DNA of 10,214 nucleotides, from NCBI GenBank assembly GCA_043822785.1, contig JBDRBN010000148.1, positions 1-10,214 of the forward strand. Direction: 5' to 3'. Under the pieces are notes generated by a model. It made no database searches. It was not told the origin of the DNA and saw only the letters and a list, made by a program, of their open reading frames with translations. A program made the position numbers and the translations under genes. Below, in pieces: positions 1-5,749 of this stretch (position 1 is the first letter of the stretch; every line of letters begins with the position of its first letter). The stretch is from Pseudomonadota bacterium (lineage in GTDB: Bacteria; UBA10199; 2-02-FULL-44-16; JAAZCA01).

Positions 1-1092
1 ACAATTCATAAGAGCAATATCGATACCGATCATGATGGTTGGATCTCTGAGTCTGAGTGGAACAAATGTACTAAAGATCATAATTCAAATGAACAATTCA
101 AGATTGTAGATGGGTATGGTTCCCAAACAGAGCTCTACAATGGAAAATTAGGTGATGTCACCAAACAGCTCAAAAATGCTGAGTTTGCAAATTCCAGTGA
201 AGCCGTGGGACCTGATGTTGCCAAGGCAAATCTTGAATTAAAACAACTTGAACCTCAGATGCAGGCCCTTCAACAGAAGATTGAGGAGATGCAGAAGAAT
301 GGCTTGGATCAAAAAATGATAGCTGAAAAGCAAAAGCAACTTCAAGAGCTGATAAAACAGGCTAATGCGCTCATGAAGAAGGGTGCAAAGCAAATCGATA
401 TGAATCCTTATAATAAGGCTGCTGGCTCCCAGAGCAAACCCATGTCCGGTTCGGCGAATATGAACTTTGGCAATCAGCAGGGCGGTATTGGAGCCAAAGC
501 GCAGACCGCAGGAACCAATGCGCAGACCAATTCTGGTTCGTTTAGCCCCCCATCAAATTGGGGAGCACAGGGTCTTGGCACTGGCATGCCAGCGTTTAAC
601 ACCGATTCCTACATGAAGACCATGGCCATGGAAGACAACATCATGTCCTCATGGGATGCAGTTAACAAAAACACCAGCCGCGGCAAGCAGCTTATGATGC
701 TGTTCTTCTACTTTGCCCGCATGGCCGAGTCTGGCGATATGGCTGCAATGTATCAGTTCATGAAGTTCATCACCTACATCATCTCTAAGGACAAGGCCAA
801 GCAGCAGATCGAGATGGGTAAGAAATTGATCCAGCTGCAGGAACTATCGCGCTCTTGGACCAACAAGCTATTAAACGTGCAGACCAACAGCACTGATCCA
901 GCTGCTTCAAACGAGCTCATGAAGACCATGACCATTGTGAAGAGTGAGACCGATGCTATCGCCACCTCACAGAAACTCATAAGCCAGATGATGGAAGAGT
1001 TTGCACAGGTGGTCGAAACGCTCACAAACACCACAAAGGCAGCGCTAGAGACAGCAGGCAGGATCATGAGAACAGTCTCGACAATGAGGTAA
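1..1092 (+). CDS. 5'-truncated helical/coiled-coil protein with an EF-hand loop; putative T3SS-secreted structural (filament- or translocator-like) substrate
   Basis: Frame +1 has no stop from base 1 (TIHKSNIDTDHDGWISESEWNKC...EAVGPDV), so the ORF-track start at GTG 205 is internal. EF-hand loop DTDHDGWISESE at 22-57, Q/K/E coiled coil at ~220-380, G/S/N/Q/A-rich linker at ~420-590, Met-rich helical C-terminal domain similar to that of 2052..2996. Followed by a terminator. The function is inferred from the adjacent chaperones. Confidence 0.8.
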   Translation, partial: TIHKSNIDTDHDGWISESEWNKCTKDHNSNEQFKIVDGYGSQTELYNGKLGDVTKQLKNAEFANSSEAVGPDVAKANLELKQLEPQMQALQQKIEEMQKNGLDQKMIAEKQKQLQELIKQANALMKKGAKQIDMNPYNKAAGSQSKPMSGSANMNFGNQQGGIGAKAQTAGTNAQTNSGSFSPPSNWGAQGLGTGMPAFNTDSYMKTMAMEDNIMSSWDAVNKNTSRGKQLMMLFFYFARMAESGDMAAMYQFMKFITYIISKDKAKQQIEMGKKLIQLQELSRSWTNKLLNVQTNSTDPAASNELMKTMTIVKSETDAIATSQKLISQMMEEFAQVVETLTNTTKAALETAGRIMRTVSTMR

Positions 1093-1125
1093 TGGATGCA
1101 TAGGCTTAATACTGATTAAGAATGC

Positions 1126-1157
1126 CGGGGGCTTGCTCAGAAGCAGCCCCCGTTTTT
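1126..1157 (+). terminator. Rho-independent terminator
   Basis: CGGGGGCTTGCT (1126-1137) pairs with AGCAGCCCCCG (1142-1152) with one bulged T and a CAGA loop, followed by TTTTT; it starts 33 nt after the stop at 1092. Confidence 0.8.
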
Positions 1158-1177
1158 CATAAAAACTGTATCTCGAG

Positions 1178-1246
1178 TAGCGGTCAGCTTTCAGCCTTCA
1201 GCTGTCAGCTTTTTACTGATGGCTGACAGCTGAGAGCTGATAGCTA
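1178..1246. repeat. Inverted array of 7-nt repeats (AGCnnTC x4 facing CTGAnnG x4)
   Basis: Left arm 1178-1208 and right arm 1216-1246 give 24/31 Watson-Crick pairs plus 4 G-T wobbles around a 7-nt loop. Confidence 0.85.
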
Positions 1247-1277
1247 ATTGAAGGTTGCTGGCGGATTTTAAAATTCC

Positions 1278-1306
1278 TTGCCCGAGAGGCTATAGGATGC
1301 TAATTT
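1278..1306 (+). promoter_or_regulatory. Candidate sigma-70-type promoter for the chaperone operon
   Basis: TTGCCC (1278-1283), 17-nt spacer, TAATTT (1301-1306), with an extended -10 TG at 1298-1299 and an AT-rich upstream stretch. It lies between a terminator and the ATG at 1365. Confidence 0.45.
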
Positions 1307-1364
1307 TATAGACACTTTATATTATACGGTTTTTTCGAAAGTTTTGAGGGTTTCGGAGCTAGCC

Positions 1365-2000
1365 ATGGCTGAGAAAAAGAAAAAACAGGGTAAGGTAAAA
1401 TCTGAGGCAAAAGAAGAACAAGCTCTAGAGATGACTCCCGAGGAAGCTGAAGTTGAGATGCAGCATTTCTTCGAGGCCCTTGAGGAAAAGGTAAAGGGCA
1501 TTCCTGAAGAGGAGATCGATCGGGGAGTTAAGAAGGTTAAGGATTTTGTAGACGGCAAGATCGGCTGGGCCCAGCTCTTTGACTTTACGCCCGAGATGCT
1601 CTTTCAGCTGGCAGAATATGGTTTCATGCAGTTTAAGCAGGGCCGGTATCAAGATGCAGAGAGGGTATTTAAGGGCCTAGCAATACTTGATTGGAACAAT
1701 GCCTATTATCACTCTGTGCTTGGCTCGATTTTGCAAAGGCAAAAGCGCTATGGCGAGGCAATAGCCGAATACACCCAGGCGCTGGAGCTTGATCCTAAGG
1801 ATATAGTGAGCTTAACGAACCGCGGCGAAATATTTATGCACCACGGTTTAATGGATGAGGCAAAAGACGATTTTAAGCATGCGATGGATCTAGACGCTGA
1901 CGGCACAGATAGATTTGCAAACCGTGCGCGCATGCTTACCGAGCAGATAAAGAGATTGCAGGCAGAAAAGAAGAAGGCAGATGTTAGAAGCCAGAAGTAA
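1365..2000 (+). CDS. TPR protein, SycD/LcrH (class II T3SS chaperone) family-like
   Basis: Three-TPR pattern GFMQFKQGRYQDAERVFKGLAILD...YHSVLGSILQRQKRYGEAIAEYTQALELDP...NRGEIF, preceded by the short helical segment (GKIGWAQLFDFTPEMLFQL) typical of SycD/LcrH. Start moved from TTG 1344 to ATG 1365 because GGAG (1355-1358) sits 6 nt upstream. Confidence 0.8.
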   Translation: MAEKKKKQGKVKSEAKEEQALEMTPEEAEVEMQHFFEALEEKVKGIPEEEIDRGVKKVKDFVDGKIGWAQLFDFTPEMLFQLAEYGFMQFKQGRYQDAERVFKGLAILDWNNAYYHSVLGSILQRQKRYGEAIAEYTQALELDPKDIVSLTNRGEIFMHHGLMDEAKDDFKHAMDLDADGTDRFANRARMLTEQIKRLQAEKKKADVRSQK

Positions 2001-2022
2001 GAATTTCTAGCATCTAGCTTCT
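1972..2022. repeat. Degenerate 7-nt repeat hairpin overlapping the chaperone stop codon
   Basis: AGAAGGC AGATGTT AGAAGCC AGAAGTA AGAA (1972-2003) faces TTCT AGCATCT AGCTTCT (2005-2022); 14/18 positions of 1986-2003 are complementary to the right arm; GTTTT follows. Confidence 0.55.
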
Positions 2023-2051
2023 GTTTTAGGGGTGGGGAATTGAGGTGACCC

Positions 2052-2996
2052 ATGCCGGATATAAGAAAAGCAACGCGCGTAGCAGAAAGAGAGCTGCGAT
2101 TTCGCGAGGAAGATGCAAAGGTCCAGGCTGAGAAGCAAAGGATCATAGAAGAGCTCCGCCACGGTAACATACACGAGATCTTTGCGCGTGAGACTAAGTT
2201 TAAGATCAGCGACTTTACCGATTTTTTTTCCCACCAGTGGAGGAATTTTAAAAGCCAGATAGTTCAGGACGCAGAGATCAAAGCCTCTGAAGCAAGCTGT
2301 CCGGCTCCTGATATAAACGATTTTTCTGTCCATCATGATGGCACTACCATAAGCCCTGAGGAGGGCGAGCTCTTAAGCGACGCTATGAGCGGTTTTCTCA
2401 CTAGCGGCACGGGTGCTGGCAAGTTCAAGGGGCAGAGCGTGGGCGGGAAGGGCATTCCAGCTGAAGGCGCGCCTCTTTTGCCTGAAGAGCTTGGCGAGAT
2501 GGCGCAAGGCACCATTGGAGAGTGGGACCAATTTCTTGAAGACTCTTGGGGCACGATCTTTGATGCCCAGCTTTCGCAAGAGATGCAAAAGAGGATGGGC
2601 GAGGTAAAGCAAGAGGTTCAAAAGATCATAAGTTTAGCCAAGGAAGGTAAAATAGGTGTGGAGTTTGTGCTCATAGCTTTGGCCAAAGTCAATTCTACAA
2701 AAAACGGCGTGCTCATGTCAGGCTTGGGAAAAAAGATGTATCACATAAATCAGGGCATGAGCGATGTGGCAAATGAGCTTAATACCCTTTCGCCCACTGA
2801 TCCGCGTTACTATGGCATGATGCAGATGGGCAGAGAGAAGACGCGCGACGGTTCGTTTCAATTGAATTTGCTTCAGACTGATATGCAAAAGGTGATGCAA
2901 GATATTGCGAGCACTATGGAGTTTGTACACAGCTCCATCGGCGAGATCAACAGGACAAGGCGCGAGATCATAGCCAAGTACACTGCTGCTGGATAA
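2052..2996 (+). CDS. Hypothetical helical protein, distant paralogue of the 1..1092 C-terminal domain; putative T3SS chaperone-bound substrate
   Basis: 314-aa ORF with GAGGT RBS at 2042-2046, located between two SycD-like genes. G-rich linker, short hydrophobic segment IGVEFVLIALAKV and an amphipathic C-terminal helix. Confidence 0.8.
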   Translation: MPDIRKATRVAERELRFREEDAKVQAEKQRIIEELRHGNIHEIFARETKFKISDFTDFFSHQWRNFKSQIVQDAEIKASEASCPAPDINDFSVHHDGTTISPEEGELLSDAMSGFLTSGTGAGKFKGQSVGGKGIPAEGAPLLPEELGEMAQGTIGEWDQFLEDSWGTIFDAQLSQEMQKRMGEVKQEVQKIISLAKEGKIGVEFVLIALAKVNSTKNGVLMSGLGKKMYHINQGMSDVANELNTLSPTDPRYYGMMQMGREKTRDGSFQLNLLQTDMQKVMQDIASTMEFVHSSIGEINRTRREIIAKYTAAG

Positions 2997-3002
2997 AAAT
3001 AT

Positions 3003-3047
3003 GCGAGCAACGCCAGCAACGCGAGAAAGGCGAGACAAGCGAGAAAG
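3003..3047. repeat. Five tandem imperfect 9-nt repeats
   Basis: GCGAGCAAC GCCAGCAAC GCGAGAAAG GCGAGACAA GCGAGAAAG. Confidence 0.8.
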
Positions 3048-3050
3048 GAA

Positions 3051-3128
3051 TGTCATTGCGAGGGCGAAGCCCGAAGCAATCTCCTGAAGCACAGAGATTG
3101 CTTCGTCACTGCGTTCCTCGCAATGACA
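3051..3128. repeat. REP/RPE-like palindromic element, copy 1
   Basis: Outer stem TGTCATTGCGAGG (3051-3063) / CCTCGCAATGACA (3116-3128); inner stem CGAAGCAATCTC (3072-3083) / GAGATTGCTTCG (3094-3105). A second copy lies at 10128-10213. Confidence 0.9.
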
Positions 3129-3149
3129 GCGCAAATCACGGAGTTATTA

Positions 3150-3707
3150 ATGGTTGAAGAAGGCAAATTAGAGGCGGGTAAGCATACTCCTATCATCGAT
3201 CCCACCCCAGGGCGCCGCAAGCACCTAACAGAGGTTTTGTATGCATTTCTCAACGACAAGATATCTCTCGCAGAACTCAAAGGTATTAAGCGAAATGAGC
3301 TCTTTCAGCTCTCAGAAACTGGCTTCACAAAATTCAAACACGGCCGGCTGGATGAAGCAGAGAAGATCTTTCAGGCCCTCATACTTTTAGATCATCGCAA
3401 TGCCTACTTCCATGCCATGATGGGCGCGGTTCATCAAAAGCGCGATCGCCCCATCGAGGCGATCATGGAATATTCTCAATCCATCAAACTCAATTCCAAA
3501 GATATCTCGGCTTACGTAAACCGCGGCGAGCTGTACCTTCGTCATCGCAATTACAGAAAAGCTGCAGAGGACTTCAGGAGTGCGATACTCTTGGATATGT
3601 CTGGGATTAACCTGTGGGCCAATCGCGCCCGCTCTTTGGTCATTGCCATCAAGCGTTCCATGGAAGCCGATGCCCGCCGCCCCAAAATACCCATCAGAAG
3701 AAAGTAA
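3150..3707 (+). CDS. TPR protein, SycD/LcrH (class II T3SS chaperone) family-like, paralogue of 1365..2000
   Basis: Aligns without gaps to the first chaperone, 57/131 identities by hand count (LFQL.E.GF, NAY.H, EAI.EY.Q, KDI, NRGE, ANRAR.L). The track's ATG 3123 lies inside the palindromic repeat; ATG 3150 has GGAG (3140-3143) 6 nt upstream. Confidence 0.8.
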   Translation: MVEEGKLEAGKHTPIIDPTPGRRKHLTEVLYAFLNDKISLAELKGIKRNELFQLSETGFTKFKHGRLDEAEKIFQALILLDHRNAYFHAMMGAVHQKRDRPIEAIMEYSQSIKLNSKDISAYVNRGELYLRHRNYRKAAEDFRSAILLDMSGINLWANRARSLVIAIKRSMEADARRPKIPIRRK

Positions 3708-3722
3708 ATTAATTAAACATGA

Positions 3723-4315
3723 GGAGGCTAGCTGGTAGAGCTAGTTTCGCTTCTAGCGCCTCTGAGCAGGATCGGGTGGATCGATTTGCTAGACGCTGCG
3801 CTCGCACGATTTTGTAACGGACTCAGTTTGCCGTCGCCGACGGAACTCGTCCCGACTGCGCCTTCATGCCTTTAACATTGTTTGGCTCCGTCGGGGCTCA
3901 AACATCCGTCGGCGTCGTGCAATAAAGGCTTCTAGACAGGCACGACCGGCAAACATTCGCCGAACAAAATCGGCTCTCTCCGCGATATCGCAAATCGACC
4001 CACCCGATCCTGCATAACTCTGACGAACTGTTCGTTAATACGCTTCGAATGATTAGCTTGTGGTAGGGATTTTCAGTTCATCGGGGTCGACGGCGGGTTT
4101 TTTACTCACGACGGAAGTACGTGTTGCGAGAGTGTTGCCTGAGATGTTACTCGAGCGGCCTCAGGAGGCGCTGTAATCTAAGCCGCTAATGCAACAGCGC
4201 CGAGTGAGCAGGCGATGAGGCGGCGCCTGAGCCGAAGAGCCGTAGCGAGAGGAACATCTCAGGCAACACTCTCATAGCAAGTCTGGAGGAGGCGCTAGCG
4301 TGGGAAATGGCCTCC
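3723..4315. other. ~590-nt nested multi-stem element (candidate large structured RNA or composite MITE-like element)
   Basis: Mutually compatible helices: 3723-3730/4308-4315, 3753-3762/4289-4298, 3766-3789/3990-4013 (23/24), 3807-3815/3964-3972, 3826-3833/3947-3954, 3835-3844/3905-3914, 3849-3862/3884-3897, ~3914-3920/3940-3946, 4017-4030/4074-4087, 4107-4123 (GGAA tetraloop), 4128-4148/4253-4273 (21/21), 4156-4165/4226-4234, 4167-4174/4194-4201. The track lists no ORF here. Confidence 0.75.
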
Positions 4316-4348
4316 CCGCAGAATAATTTGCACATGCCTATTTGCGGG
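4315..4348 (-). other. Hairpin immediately after the stop of the sigma-54 activator gene
   Basis: CCCGCA(G)AATA (4315-4325) pairs with TATTTGCGGG (4339-4348). No U-tract follows, so it is not a canonical intrinsic terminator. Confidence 0.4.
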
Positions 4349-4351
4349 ATG

Positions 4352-5740
4352 TCATTCGTTGGCGTCGATGTTATATTTCTTGAGCAGATTGCGGAGGTGT
4401 TTGCGGTCGATCTTGGCTTCGCGCGCAGCCTTGGAGAGGTTGCCGCTATGCTGGTGTATGAGCTCTACTAGATACTCCTTCTCAAAATTCTCCACCACGC
4501 GTTGCTTTGCATCCTTGAACGGCATATCGGCATCCACTGCCATGCGCTCTGTGCGCTCTTCTCCGCCATGCGACATCTCGGCAAAGATAAAATCGAGATG
4601 ACTCTTGCTTATCGTGTCACCCTCCACAAACGACACTGCGCGCTCGATTACGTTTGAGAGCTCGCGCACATTTCCTGGCCAATCATAACGGCCAAGGAAC
4701 TTGAGCGCATCGTCCTCGACCCTGCGCACCTTGAAGCTGCCGTCCGGCAGCACGTTATACCTGCCTCTGCTTAAAAAGCGTTCGACTATGAGCGGTATAT
4801 CCTCTGGTCGTTCGTGAAGCGGCGGCAAAGAGACCTTTACTACAGACAGGCGATAATATAGGTCCTGACGAAATCGTCCTTCTTCCACTTCTTTACGCAA
4901 ATTCTTGTTGGTGGCGCAGATCACACGCACATCTATCTTTGCAGACGTGTTGCTTCCAACGCGGCGTATCTCGCGCTGCTCTAATGTGCGCAAAAGTTTT
5001 GGCTGCAGATCAGATGTTAATTCTCCTATCTCATCGAGAAACACTGTTCCACCCATGGCTGCCTCAAACACGCCTGCGCGCGACTTGACAGCACCTGTGA
5101 ATGAGCCCTTCTCATGGCCGAACAGCTCTGATTCGATCAGGTTGGGTGCAACAGCCGAGCAGTCGAATACGACAAAGGGTTTTTGCTTTCTGTGGCTGTG
5201 TTCGTGTATGGCGTGGGCCACCAAGTCTTTGCCGGTGCCTGTTGCTCCTTCTATTATGACCGTGGCCTGAGTTGGCGATATCTTCTCCAAAATCGAAAAG
5301 ATCTGCCGCATCTTGCGGCTCTTGCCCACCATGTCCCCAAACTCTTCGCGCTCTGACGGTTCGATCTGCACCTTTTCATCAAAGGCCATAAACTCCAGCG
5401 TGGAGTTGCCCACCTTGATGATATCGCCTGGCGCGAGGTATGCTTCCTTAACGCGAGATCCATTGAGATACGTGCCATTGGTAGAGCCGAGATCGCGCAA
5501 AAGAAAACTATCTGCTTGATACTCTATTTCAAAGTGATTGCGGGAGACTGCCTTATCAGTGAGAATAAGATCGTTTGTTCCACGCTTTCCTACTTTGATT
5601 AGATTTTTATCCAGGGTGATCTTATTGCCCCTGCCTGCGCCCTCGCTCACTACGAGCAGGCACTTTCTGAGTGAGATTACGTCAGGCGCTTCTTGTAGCT
5701 TGAGCAATTCGGTTTTGCTCTCAAAGTCTTTCTCAACCAT
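4352..5740 (-). CDS. FHA-domain sigma-54-dependent enhancer-binding protein (FHA + AAA+ + Fis-type HTH)
   Basis: FHA motifs VGKR...VSRNH...[12 protein letters not shown]; Walker [24 protein letters not shown]; Walker [53 protein letters not shown]. The AGGAG RBS overlaps the kinase stop codon. Confidence 0.95.
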   Translation of the reverse strand: MVEKDFESKTELLKLQEAPDVISLRKCLLVVSEGAGRGNKITLDKNLIKVGKRGTNDLILTDKAVSRNHFEIEYQADSFLLRDLGSTNGTYLNGSRVKEAYLAPGDIIKVGNSTLEFMAFDEKVQIEPSEREEFGDMVGKSRKMRQIFSILEKISPTQATVIIEGATGTGKDLVAHAIHEHSHRKQKPFVVFDCSAVAPNLIESELFGHEKGSFTGAVKSRAGVFEAAMGGTVFLDEIGELTSDLQPKLLRTLEQREIRRVGSNTSAKIDVRVICATNKNLRKEVEEGRFRQDLYYRLSVVKVSLPPLHERPEDIPLIVERFLSRGRYNVLPDGSFKVRRVEDDALKFLGRYDWPGNVRELSNVIERAVSFVEGDTISKSHLDFIFAEMSHGGEERTERMAVDADMPFKDAKQRVVENFEKEYLVELIHQHSGNLSKAAREAKIDRKHLRNLLKKYNIDANE

Positions 5741-5749
5741 AAAAACTCC

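Noticed and set aside
205..207. ORF-track start of the first gene
   Set aside because: The frame is open to base 1, encodes an EF-hand motif upstream, and there is no RBS before GTG 205; the gene is truncated by the window edge.
1250..1364. Sigma-54 promoter upstream of chaperone 1
   Set aside because: The best GG...GC pair (1288-1300) has 9-nt rather than 10-nt spacing; a sigma-70-like arrangement fits better.
2052..2996. Direct assignment as YopB/YopD (SctE/SctB) translocator
   Set aside because: There is no long transmembrane segment and no exact PxLxxP chaperone-binding motif (APLLPE is only partial), so no gene symbol is given.
2718..3280. Minus-strand ORFs 2718..3134 and 3053..3280
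   Set aside because: They are antisense to better-supported genes, and their distinctive peptide (CHCEERSDEAIS...) is simply a translation of the palindromic repeat.
4020..4083. CTGACGA (+) and CCGATGA-ACT-GAAA (-) resembling hammerhead ribozyme cores
   Set aside because: On + there is no correctly placed stem II followed by GAAA; on - the core is mutated and stem II is absent. The two segments simply pair with each other as arm B.
4237..4290. GAGCCGTA resembling the start of group II intron domain V
   Set aside because: No complementary TACGGTTC-like 3' strand follows, the downstream bases are used in the 21-bp stem, and there is no interrupted gene or RT ORF.
3708..4351. RNase P RNA, tmRNA, tRNA or CRISPR array in the large spacer
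   Set aside because: No GAGGAAAGTCC, no tRNA-like ends or T-loop, and no regularly spaced direct repeats on either strand.
5090..5107. GSFTGA instead of GAFTGA in the activator
   Set aside because: This is a common natural variant in sigma-54 activators and not evidence of inactivity.
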